NCBI GenBank assembly: GCA_965203175.1
Contig: OZ241867.1
Coordinates: 5,056,001-5,120,000, forward strand
Source: Candidatus Latescibacterota bacterium
GTDB taxonomy: Bacteria > Latescibacterota > UBA2968 > UBA8231
Direction: 5' to 3'
Length of the DNA stretch: 64,000 nt
Every line of letters begins with the position of its first letter. Positions within the stretch are counted from its first letter, which is position 1. Under the pieces are notes generated by a model. The model was given only the letters and a program-made list of their open reading frames with translations. It was not told the DNA's origin and searched no databases. The translations under genes were made by a program, and so were the position numbers. Shown piece by piece: positions 1 through 8,367 of this stretch.

Positions 1-1
1 G

Positions 2-484
2 GAACTCTATCTCGCATACGGCGAGCCGCGCTTTCTCGAACCTATTCCCCGCGCCTTGGCCTGGGCTAAAGCAGCGCAATTGCCCGATGGGCGCATGGCC
101 CGGTTCTACGAATTGCAGACCAACCGGCCGCTCTACTTTACCAAAGAATACGCGCTCACCTACAGCGATGCAGACCTGCCGACGCACTATGCCTTTAAAG
201 TGGGCAACCGCACGGGTCGCATTGAAAGCCTGTACCAGCGCATCCGCAAAGAAGGTCGCGAAACCATCCTAGCCGAACGCGCCCAAGTGCGCCCGGTCGC
301 TGAGGAACGGATCCAAGCCATTATCGACGCCCTCGACGCAGAGGGGCGCTGGCTAGAAGAAGGTTTTCTGCGCAACCCCGAAGACCGCCACGCACCCATC
401 GTCGCCGAGGTCATATCCTGCCGCACCTTCAACCAAAACCTCACCCTTCTATCTCAATACGTGGCCAGCCGGAATCGGCCGTGA
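2..484 (+). CDS. 3' part of a probable pectate lyase PelA/PL10-like protein (truncated by the window start)
   Basis: The frame is open from position 2 (ELYLAYGEPRFLEPIPRALAWAK...). The segment LPDGRMARFYELQTNRPLYF resembles the (W/M)ARFYE motif of PL10-type lyases. Confidence 0.5.
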   Translation, partial: ELYLAYGEPRFLEPIPRALAWAKAAQLPDGRMARFYELQTNRPLYFTKEYALTYSDADLPTHYAFKVGNRTGRIESLYQRIRKEGRETILAERAQVRPVAEERIQAIIDALDAEGRWLEEGFLRNPEDRHAPIVAEVISCRTFNQNLTLLSQYVASRNRP

Positions 485-600
485 TGTATGCTGGCACTAG
501 CGGAGACTTTTGGGTTCGTAGAAAACACGTTGTAAGGTGGATAGAATCGGGCATATCTTACTGAATATCAATTATATCTTCTAATAGAGAGGAAGCCATT

Positions 601-1614
601 ATGAAGTGTCTGATCGCAGTACTCACGCTGGGACTAGCCAGCCTCTCGCCCGCCATGGCCCAAGACCCAGAGCGCCCTAAGGTAACGGCGAGTGAGGTGG
701 TGGACCGGGAAACATTGAAGGCTTTTGTAGAAGGAGGAAAAGAATACCTAGAGGGTGTCAGGACTATTACCGCAACCGCGAAATTGCGGGACATCTTCAG
801 AGCCGAGGGGGATTGGAAATCCGGCTCCACGTTCCTCGTGATACTGATCAAAAACGGTGCCGTTCTCCTGCACGGGGGCGATCCCGCAATAGACAACGAA
901 GTCCTGATTGATGTCAAAGACGGCAAGGGCAAGAAAGTCGTGCAAGAACTCCTCGCCGCGGCTAGCCGAGGCGGCGATTTTGTCGAATACTATTGGGACG
1001 ATCCAGCGGTAGAAGGGGACGCCAATCCCAAGGTAAGCTACGCGGTCGAATATATCTCCGGTCTATTTGGCAAGCCCCTTGTCTTGATCGGAGGCTATCA
1101 TCAGGATGTGTCCAATGTGGTCACTGGAATACCGGAGATGGCACGCCCCGAGGTAACGGCCAGTGAGGTGGTGGACCGGGAAACCCTGAAGACCTTTGTA
1201 AAGGCGGCGGCCCAAACCTATCGCGAGGCTATGCTTGGCAAATTCAGTGAGCACACATACGTAAAGAAGGCATTCAGGATGGAGGGGAGCGATTGGAAGG
1301 CCGGCTCCATCTACACCTTCATCATGAGCAGCGACGGTTACGTGCTCTTTCACGGAGCCGATCCATCCCGAGAGGGCAGAATCGCGCTCGATCTCGAAGA
1401 CAGCTATGGTGTCAAAATCGTAAAACGGCTCATCGATGCCGCCACCGCGGGAGGCGGCTATGTCGAGTATCACTACAATGATCCAACAGTGGTAGGAGAC
1501 GAAGCCTTCGGCTCGCCCAAGCTGACCTACGCCGAAGGCTTCCAGCTGCCAGACAGGGACCAACTTTTTATCCTTTGTGCCGGCATTTATCTGGAGTCCG
1601 CTACGGCCGATTGA
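601..1614 (+). CDS. Secreted tandem (2x) Cache_2-type domain protein; C-terminal tail lost by frameshift
   Basis: Signal peptide (MKCLIAVLTLGLASLSPAMA) and AGAGGA RBS. Two repeats of VTASEVVDRETLK...HG.DP...GG(D/G)(F/Y)VEY(Y/H)(W/Y).DP...PK(V/L)(S/T)Y. No TM or output domain. Confidence 0.8.
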   Translation: MKCLIAVLTLGLASLSPAMAQDPERPKVTASEVVDRETLKAFVEGGKEYLEGVRTITATAKLRDIFRAEGDWKSGSTFLVILIKNGAVLLHGGDPAIDNEVLIDVKDGKGKKVVQELLAAASRGGDFVEYYWDDPAVEGDANPKVSYAVEYISGLFGKPLVLIGGYHQDVSNVVTGIPEMARPEVTASEVVDRETLKTFVKAAAQTYREAMLGKFSEHTYVKKAFRMEGSDWKAGSIYTFIMSSDGYVLFHGADPSREGRIALDLEDSYGVKIVKRLIDAATAGGGYVEYHYNDPTVVGDEAFGSPKLTYAEGFQLPDRDQLFILCAGIYLESATAD

Positions 1615-1659
1615 AGGCCGCTCTTCGGATCTGCGTCTCGCTAAAGGAAGGAGAACCTT

Positions 1660-2715
1660 GTGAAGCGTCTGACCGCAGCGTTCATTCTGGGGCTAGCCAG
1701 CCTCTTCCCCACCGCACATCCCGCCGTGGCCCAAGCCCCGGAGGTAACCGCCAGCGAGGTGGTGGATCGGGAAACCCTGCAAGCCTTTGTCGAAGCAGCA
1801 AAGGCATCCTTAGAGAGCGCCGCTAACTTCTCTGAGGTTGCCAGCTTGGTGGAAGCATTCAGAAGCGAGGGGGATTGGAAGGCTGGCTCGATGTACCTCG
1901 TCGTACTGACCCTCGAAGGTCTGGTACAATTTCACGGGGCCGATGTGACATTTGAGGACAAAAACGTGCTTGATCTCGAAGATGCCAAGGGCGTCAAAGT
2001 TGTCCAAGAAATCCTCTCCGCAGCCGCAGCGGGTGGCGGCTTTGTCGAGTATTATTGGGACGATCCAGCGGTGGAAGAAGATGACGATTCGCCCAAGCTA
2101 ACTTACGCTGTTTCTGCTACCATACGCGGACAGGAGTTTATCGTAGCCGCCGGCTTCCACATGGATCTGTCCAGCATTGACGCCGAGCCAACCATTTTTG
2201 ATATCTTAGAGGTTACAGCCCAGGATGTGAAAGACCGAGAAACCCTGAAAGCCTTTGTAGAGGGGCTGAGAGTTCTCATTCCCATTATTGAGGAAAAGGG
2301 TTATCCCTACCTAGCGACCGTCCAAGCTGCAATCCGAACCGAGGGGGAGGATTTCAAGCATGGCTCTATCTACATCTTTGTCCTGAGTACCGACGGTGTG
2401 GTGATCTTTCACGGGACCGCCGACCCGAGCTTCTATGGGCAAAATGTGATGGATGTCGAAGATGTCCATGGAGTCAAAATTGTCCAAGAGCTCATTGCCG
2501 CAGCCTTAGCGGGCGGCGGTTTTGTCAAGTATTATTGGGACAATCCGGCGGTAGAAGGCGATGAAGACACCCAATCGCCCAAGTTGAGCTACGTGATCCC
2601 AATCGACATATTCAATCAGGTTTTCGTCGTAGGCGCTGGTATCTATCTGGATCCCGCCACGGCGGTGGAAGGCCAGTCTTGGGGACAACTCAAAAGCCAC
2701 TTCTCAAATCTGTAA
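1660..2715 (+). CDS. Secreted tandem Cache_2-type domain protein with C-terminal TAVEGQSWGQLK tail
   Basis: GTG start after AGGAG, signal peptide ending in AVA-Q, two Cache repeats (GGGFVEYYWDDP...PKLTY). Paralog of 601..1614. Confidence 0.8.
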   Translation: MKRLTAAFILGLASLFPTAHPAVAQAPEVTASEVVDRETLQAFVEAAKASLESAANFSEVASLVEAFRSEGDWKAGSMYLVVLTLEGLVQFHGADVTFEDKNVLDLEDAKGVKVVQEILSAAAAGGGFVEYYWDDPAVEEDDDSPKLTYAVSATIRGQEFIVAAGFHMDLSSIDAEPTIFDILEVTAQDVKDRETLKAFVEGLRVLIPIIEEKGYPYLATVQAAIRTEGEDFKHGSIYIFVLSTDGVVIFHGTADPSFYGQNVMDVEDVHGVKIVQELIAAALAGGGFVKYYWDNPAVEGDEDTQSPKLSYVIPIDIFNQVFVVGAGIYLDPATAVEGQSWGQLKSHFSNL

Positions 2716-2717
2716 CA

Positions 2718-3202
2718 AAAGTTACAGACCTCGAAAGCCTCCGAGCTTTTGTAATAGGGGCGCTTCAGACCTATGTCGCCGCATTGCAGGAGCATGGCGT
2801 CGAGCGCTATAGGGACACCTGAACGTCCTCAGAGCAGAAGAAGGAGATTGGCGGCATGGTTCCATCTACCTATTTATCTTTGCCACTAACGGATACGTGA
2901 TTTTTCATGCCGCGGATCGGACGCGCGAAGCTCGGAATGCAATCGACCTTGAGGACATCAACGGGTTCAAGATAGTCCAAGAAATGATCAAGGTAGCTAA
3001 GGCGGGGGGCGGCTACCTCGAATACTACTACAACGATCCGATAATAATAGGCGACGAAGACACTGGTTCGCCCAAAATTAGTTACGTCGCATCCTTTACT
3101 ACGAGAAGTGGCCGGGAGATTATCGTCGGTGCCGGGTTATATACGGGAGCCGCCACAGCGGTGGAAGAACCGTCTTGGGGACAGCTCAAAAGTGACTTTT
3201 AG
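2718..3202 (+). pseudogene. Frameshifted, 5'-truncated Cache-domain gene fragment
   Basis: KVTDLESLRAFVIGALQTYVAALQEHGVERYRDT* (2718-2822) continues in another frame as LNVLRAEEGDWRHGSIYLFIF... to TAVEEPSWGQLKSDF*. A 1-nt deletion near 2818 explains it. No start codon or signal peptide. Confidence 0.75.
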
Positions 3203-3249
3203 AAGGCAAGATACGTATTGCGCTAAATGCGAAAGCATTAGCTAGCATA

Positions 3250-3308
3250 AGAAGCCGTCTGAGAATTCGCAGTGCCGAGCAAGCGCCGGGAATTTTCAGA
3301 CGGCTTCT
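3250..3308. repeat. 19-bp inverted repeat (hairpin or minimal IS/MITE-like remnant; may act as a terminator)
   Basis: AGAAGCCGTCTGAGAATTC (3250-3268) pairs with GAATTTTCAGACGGCTTCT (3290-3308) at 18/19, with a 21-nt spacer. Confidence 0.7.
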
Positions 3309-3356
3309 CCGTTTGCTGCGCCGCAAATGTTAGACGACAATAAGAGGAGATTTCCC

Positions 3357-4754
3357 ATGGCACCGCTTTCCCCCCGCGTCACCGCCACGCTAGCCAATGC
3401 TTCAGAGCACCGTAGCATCGCCTTCGAGTACCAGCAAACGCCCGTCTACTACAAGCCCGTCACCGTTGAAGCCCCCCTCGACGAAAAGGGCTGCCTCGCG
3501 GTGGAACTGCCGTTTACTGAAGCACAAATGGCTTCGGTCGATCTCGGCGATGAGGTCAAGCTCTTCTTGGAACCGGGCGACCAGTTGCACATCGACGCGG
3601 ATTTGCTCGACCTCCCTCAGTCCCTCCGCTTTTCCAGCCAAGCCGCGGCCAACAACCAGTTTCTCGCTGCTCTGCGGTCCCGTTTCCCTGATTACCTACG
3701 CATTGACTACAAGGACTTGGAGGTCGATGCCTTTCGCAAAATAATTGACCAGCGGCGCTTGGAATTGGAGTCCTTTTTGGACGAGGGGTGCAGCCAGTAC
3801 CAACTCTCCCCAGGTTTTATCACCTACTATCGCGCTAAAATTACCTATGAATGGGCCGAACAAATGGTCTCTTATTGGATCGGTTACTATATGCAAAACG
3901 GACGGGAGCGCCCAGTCCTTCCCGCGGACTATTACGATGTCCTCGATCAAGTCAAACTCGTTGACGAAGTGGCTATCGGCATCTCCCATTACCAAAACTT
4001 TCTGGAGTACAATTTCGATCGTCTAGAAGACGAAGCCTATGAGCGCGCCCAACGCGAGCAACTATCCGAAGAGCAGTGCCGAGACCTGCTTGAAACCTAC
4101 ACCCGCTACAATCAGGCCAAGCGGCTCTTGCACGGCAAAGTCCTGTACTTCTTGCTCGCCGGGGAAATCGTCAGTGACTTTCAATGGGGCCATTTTGACC
4201 AAGGTGAACAACGCCTAGCCGAATTCCTCCAAGACAACCCCTATCCCGAATACACCGAAGTAGTAGAGGAGGTCGTGCGGAAAGCATCCAAGCTCAAACC
4301 CGGCCAGCCCGCGCCCGACTTCACCCTCGACGATCTGCAAGGCCAAAGCGTCTCCCTGAGCGATTTTAGAGGCCAAGCGGTTTTCCTAGACTTTTGGGCG
4401 AGTTGGTGCGGCCCCTGCATCGAAGATTTGCCCCATCTGGCAAAGATCAAACAGCAGGCCCAGAACCAGAAAATCGTCTTCCTGAGTATCTCCTTGGACG
4501 CCAGCGTCAAGCAGTGGTGCCAAGCGGTGGAGGCGCACACACTGACCGGCGTCCACGTCCACGCCCCGGGCGGCTGGCAGGCGGCAGTGGCTCAATTGTA
4601 CCAAGTCCGGAGCATACCCTCCTATTTCTTGGTGGGGCCAGACGGCCGGATGGATGGCCGTGTTGACGATGTCGAGGAGGTCGAGGAGGTGGTCAGCCGC
4701 ATTGAGGAGGTGCTGTCTGGGAAGGTGCCGTCGTCAAAAGGGACAGACGATTGA
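3357..4754 (+). CDS. TlpA/ResA-family thioredoxin-fold protein with long N-terminal domain (paralog 1)
   Basis: ATG at 3357 after GAGGAG. C-terminal PAPDFTLDDLQG...LDFWASWCGPC...IPSYFLV. No signal peptide. Confidence 0.85.
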   Translation: MAPLSPRVTATLANASEHRSIAFEYQQTPVYYKPVTVEAPLDEKGCLAVELPFTEAQMASVDLGDEVKLFLEPGDQLHIDADLLDLPQSLRFSSQAAANNQFLAALRSRFPDYLRIDYKDLEVDAFRKIIDQRRLELESFLDEGCSQYQLSPGFITYYRAKITYEWAEQMVSYWIGYYMQNGRERPVLPADYYDVLDQVKLVDEVAIGISHYQNFLEYNFDRLEDEAYERAQREQLSEEQCRDLLETYTRYNQAKRLLHGKVLYFLLAGEIVSDFQWGHFDQGEQRLAEFLQDNPYPEYTEVVEEVVRKASKLKPGQPAPDFTLDDLQGQSVSLSDFRGQAVFLDFWASWCGPCIEDLPHLAKIKQQAQNQKIVFLSISLDASVKQWCQAVEAHTLTGVHVHAPGGWQAAVAQLYQVRSIPSYFLVGPDGRMDGRVDDVEEVEEVVSRIEEVLSGKVPSSKGTDD

Positions 4755-4851
4755 GGGTGTTCATCCGGGGTAATTCCATTAGAGGCTTCTGGGGAGGGCG
4801 ACTTTTACAAGAGCCGCTAGGCCGCTACATGATGTATGAGAGGAGCTTTTC

Positions 4852-6330
4852 ATGGCACTGCTTTCCACCCACGTCACCGCCACCCTAGCCAATGCTTCAG
4901 AGCGCCGCAGCATTGCCTTCGAGTACCAGAAAACACCCGTCTACTATACGCCCGTCACCATCGAAACTCCCCTCGACGAAAAGGGCTGCCTCGCGGTAGA
5001 ACTGCCGTTTACTGAAGCGCAAATGGTTTCGGTCGATCTCGACGATGAGGTCAAGCTTTTCTTGGAACCGGGCGACCAGTTGCACATTGACGCGGATTTG
5101 CTCGACCTCCCTCAGTCCCTCCGCTTTTCCAGCCAAGCCGCGGCCAACAACCAGTTTCTCGCTGCTCTGCGGTCCCGTTTCCCCGATTACTTACGCATCG
5201 ACTACAAAGACCTAGAGGTCGATGCCTTTCGCAAAATAATTGACCAGCGGCGTTCGGAATTGGAGCGCTTTTTGGACGGGGGTTGCAGCCAGTACCAACT
5301 CACGCCCGCTTTCGTCGATTACTATCGTGCTGAAATCACCTATGAATGGACCAACGAGATAGTCTCATATCCGTGGCAAAGCGGACGGAAGCGTCTAGGC
5401 CTCCCCGCGGACTATTACGACATCCTCGATCAAGTCGAACTCGTTGACGAAGCGGCTATCGGCACTACCCATTACGGTGATTTTTTGTGGGAAAATTTCT
5501 TGCGTATAGTAGACGAAGCCTATGAGCGAGCCGAACGAGAGCAACTATCCGAGGAGGAACGCCGAGCCTTTATCCAACCCCACACCATCGCGTATCTGCC
5601 AGACTTCATTGTGCGGTTGGACGAAGAGCAGCGCCTAGGAGACTTAATCCAACCCCACACTATCATCTATCCCTTAGCCAAGCGGCTCTTACACGGCAAA
5701 GTCCTATATTTCTTTCTCGCCGGTACAATCGTCATGGACTTTCAACACGGCCGTTTTAACCAAGGCAAACAACGCCTAGCCGAATTCCTCCAAGACAACC
5801 CCTATCCCGAATACACCGAGGTCGTCGAAGAAGTCGTACCAGGAGCATCCAAACTCAAACCCGGCCAGCCCGCGCCCGACTTCACCCTCGACGATCTGCA
5901 AGGTCAAAGCGTCTCCCTGAGCGATTTCAGAGGCCAAGCGGTTTTCCTGGACTTTTGGTCGAATGGGTGCAGCCCGTGCATCGAAGATTTTCCCTATCTA
6001 GAAAAGATCAAACAACAGAGCCAGAGCCAGAAAGTCGTCTTCCTGAGTATCTCCTTGGACTCCGACGCTACGTGGCACCAAGCAGTGGAGGAGCACGGCC
6101 TGACCGGCGTCCACGTTCGCTCCCCAGGCGGCTGGCAGTCGGAGGTGGCTCAATTGTACCAGGTCCGAGACATACCCTTCTATCTCCTAGTGGGACCAGA
6201 CGGCCGGATAGATGGCCGCGTTGACGATGTCGAGGAGGTCGAGGAGGTGGTCAGCCGCATTGAGGAGGTGGCGTCTGGGAAGGTACCGTCGTCAAAAAGC
6301 AAACGCTCGGAAATGTTTTTCAGCGGGTAG
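4852..6330 (+). CDS. TlpA/ResA-family protein (paralog 2, active site FWSNGCSPC)
   Basis: GAGGAG RBS. Near-identical to paralog 1. CxxC is retained but the preceding Trp is replaced by Gly. Confidence 0.85.
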   Translation: MALLSTHVTATLANASERRSIAFEYQKTPVYYTPVTIETPLDEKGCLAVELPFTEAQMVSVDLDDEVKLFLEPGDQLHIDADLLDLPQSLRFSSQAAANNQFLAALRSRFPDYLRIDYKDLEVDAFRKIIDQRRSELERFLDGGCSQYQLTPAFVDYYRAEITYEWTNEIVSYPWQSGRKRLGLPADYYDILDQVELVDEAAIGTTHYGDFLWENFLRIVDEAYERAEREQLSEEERRAFIQPHTIAYLPDFIVRLDEEQRLGDLIQPHTIIYPLAKRLLHGKVLYFFLAGTIVMDFQHGRFNQGKQRLAEFLQDNPYPEYTEVVEEVVPGASKLKPGQPAPDFTLDDLQGQSVSLSDFRGQAVFLDFWSNGCSPCIEDFPYLEKIKQQSQSQKVVFLSISLDSDATWHQAVEEHGLTGVHVRSPGGWQSEVAQLYQVRDIPFYLLVGPDGRIDGRVDDVEEVEEVVSRIEEVASGKVPSSKSKRSEMFFSG

Positions 6331-6405
6331 TTGCATTGGGGGCTTCCGGGAGGAGACTTTTACAGGGATTGCTAGGCCGCTACATCTATATGAGAGGAGA
6401 TTTTC

Positions 6406-7890
6406 ATGGCACCGCTTTCTCCCCGCGTCACCGCCACGCTAGCCAATGCTTCAGAGCGCCGTAGCATCGCCTTCGAGTACCAGCAAACACCCATCTACTA
6501 TAAGCCCGTCACCATCGAAGTCCCCCTCGGCGAAGCGGTAGAACTGCCGTTTACTGAAGCGCAAATGGCTTCGGTCAAGCTCGACGATGAAGTCAAGCTC
6601 TTCTTGGAACCGGGCGACCAGTTGCACATCGACGCGGACTTGCTCGATCTGCCCCAATCTCTTCGCTTTTCTGGCCAAGGCGCGGCCAACAACCAGTTCC
6701 TCGCCTCCCTGCGGTCTCGCTTCTCCGATTCCCTGCGCATCGACTACAAAGACTTGGAGGCTGATGCCTTTCGCAAAATAATCGACCAGCGGCGCTTGGA
6801 ATTAGAATCCTTTTTGGACGAAGGTTGCAGCCAGTACCAACTCACTCCGGCTTTCGTCGATTATTATCGCGCTGAAATCACCTATGAATGGGCCAATTTC
6901 ATAGTCTCCTATCCCACTAACTACATGTTCGCCAACGGAAGCAGAAACAAGAACCTCCCTGCGGACTATCACGATGCCCTCGATCAAGTCGACTTGGTTG
7001 ACGAAGCAGCTATTGGCACCACCCATTACCACCGTTTTCTGGAACGCAATTTCTGGCGTATAGAAGAAGAAGCCGAGACGCGAGCCTTCCGGGAACAACT
7101 ATCCGAGGAGCAACGCCGAGCCTTTATCCAACCCCACACCATCGCGTACCTGCCAGACTTCGTTGTGCGGTTGGACGAAGAGCAACGCCGAGGAGACTTA
7201 ATCCAACCCCATAATGTTGTCTACCATTTGGCCAAGCGGCTCTTGCACGGCAAAGTCCTGTACTTCTTTCTCGCCGGGGAAATCATCGACGACTTTCAAC
7301 AAGGCCGTTTTGACCAAGGCGAACAACGTCTAGCCGAATTCCTCCAAGACAACCCCTATCCCGCATACACCGAGGCCGTCGAGGAGGTCGTGCGAGAAAC
7401 CGCTCAGCTCAAACCCGGTCAGCCCGCGCCCGACTTCACCCTCGACGACCTGCAAGGCCGAAGCATCTCCCTGAGCGATTTTAGAGGCCAAGCGGTTTTC
7501 CTGGACTTTTGGGCGAGTTGGTGCGGTCCCTGCATCGGGGCAGTACCCCATCTGGAAGAGCTCAAACAGCGGGCCCGCGACCAGAAGGTGGTCTTTTTGA
7601 ACATTTCTTTGGACTCTGCCGACGAGTGGCACCAAGCGGTGGAGGAGCACGGCCTGACTGGCGTCCACGTCCACGCCCCAGGCGGCTGGCGGGCGGCGGT
7701 GGCTCAGTTGTACCAGGTCCGGAGCATACCCTCCTATTTCCTGGTGGGGCCAGACGGCCGGATGGACGGCCGCGTCAACCATATCTCCGATGTCTATATC
7801 GAGGAGGTAGTCGCCCGCATTGAGGAGGTGCTCTCTGGTAAGGTGCCGTCGTCAACAAGCGGACAATCGGGGATAATTATCAAGAGATAG
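6406..7890 (+). CDS. TlpA/ResA-family protein (paralog 3)
   Basis: GAGGAG RBS and FWASWCGPC. Paralogous over the full length. Confidence 0.85.
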   Translation: MAPLSPRVTATLANASERRSIAFEYQQTPIYYKPVTIEVPLGEAVELPFTEAQMASVKLDDEVKLFLEPGDQLHIDADLLDLPQSLRFSGQGAANNQFLASLRSRFSDSLRIDYKDLEADAFRKIIDQRRLELESFLDEGCSQYQLTPAFVDYYRAEITYEWANFIVSYPTNYMFANGSRNKNLPADYHDALDQVDLVDEAAIGTTHYHRFLERNFWRIEEEAETRAFREQLSEEQRRAFIQPHTIAYLPDFVVRLDEEQRRGDLIQPHNVVYHLAKRLLHGKVLYFFLAGEIIDDFQQGRFDQGEQRLAEFLQDNPYPAYTEAVEEVVRETAQLKPGQPAPDFTLDDLQGRSISLSDFRGQAVFLDFWASWCGPCIGAVPHLEELKQRARDQKVVFLNISLDSADEWHQAVEEHGLTGVHVHAPGGWRAAVAQLYQVRSIPSYFLVGPDGRMDGRVNHISDVYIEEVVARIEEVLSGKVPSSTSGQSGIIIKR

Positions 7891-7961
7891 CCGCATTGGC
7901 CTGCCTCGAGAACACGCCTTTTGCAGGCGGGCTTGGCTGATAGATTTTTTCGGTCCATTAA

Positions 7962-8115
7962 CTGTTGCAAGATGCGACAATGTCGCAAATCAGCATATCC
8001 CGCCAAATTTTCCAACAAAACCATTCCATAAGCCGCACAGTTTCAAATAATTAGCTTCTTTCTGCTCTCCTTCAGGGCCGTTTGATCGTTGCATTATGCG
8101 TCATCGTGGGATTTC
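7962..8115 (+). repeat. Dispersed ~153-bp non-coding element, copy A
   Basis: Aligns end to end with the reverse complement of 44840..44991 (e.g. GCAAATCAGCA, TCCCGCCAAATTTTCC, CTGCTCTCCTTCAG and CGTTGCATT are identical). Confidence 0.85.
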
Positions 8116-8181
8116 ATTAAGGACCGTATATGGTTTATTTGGTCCATATATAATCCTTAATTTAATTTAGACCATATATGG
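8116..8181. promoter_or_regulatory. Cluster of CCATATATGG-like palindromes / 18-bp inverted repeat (candidate operator)
   Basis: ATTAAGGACCGTATATGG (8116-8133) vs CCATATATAATCCTTAAT (8144-8161) form a 15/18 inverted match. A perfect CCATATATGG lies at 8172-8181. Confidence 0.45.
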
Positions 8182-8238
8182 CCCTATATCCCGACTAAAA
8201 ATACCTCAAAATGAGTACTTCATATTGTAATATTTTCA

Positions 8239-8266
8239 TTGACATTTTTTACTCCTTCGATATTAG
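8239..8266 (+). promoter_or_regulatory. Candidate sigma70 promoter for the Cache gene at 8368
   Basis: TTGACA (8239-8244)-N16-TATTAG in an AT-rich stretch. The -10 box is weak. Confidence 0.4.
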
Positions 8267-8367
8267 TTTAACGTGATGCCGCTTAACCCGAACTCACGTT
8301 GCATTAAGATGTAGGATTAAGCATGTCTTTCCCATGTCATTCATACCTATCAAAAAAGGAAATCATC

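Noticed and set aside
3295-3304. Neisseria DNA uptake sequence GCCGTCTGAA (minus strand)
   Set aside because: It is a single occurrence inside one hairpin. True uptake sequences would be abundant across 64 kb.
3357-7890. Diversity-generating retroelement as the cause of TlpA variation
   Set aside because: No reverse transcriptase or template repeat is in the window, and the variable codons change at all positions and bases rather than only at adenines.
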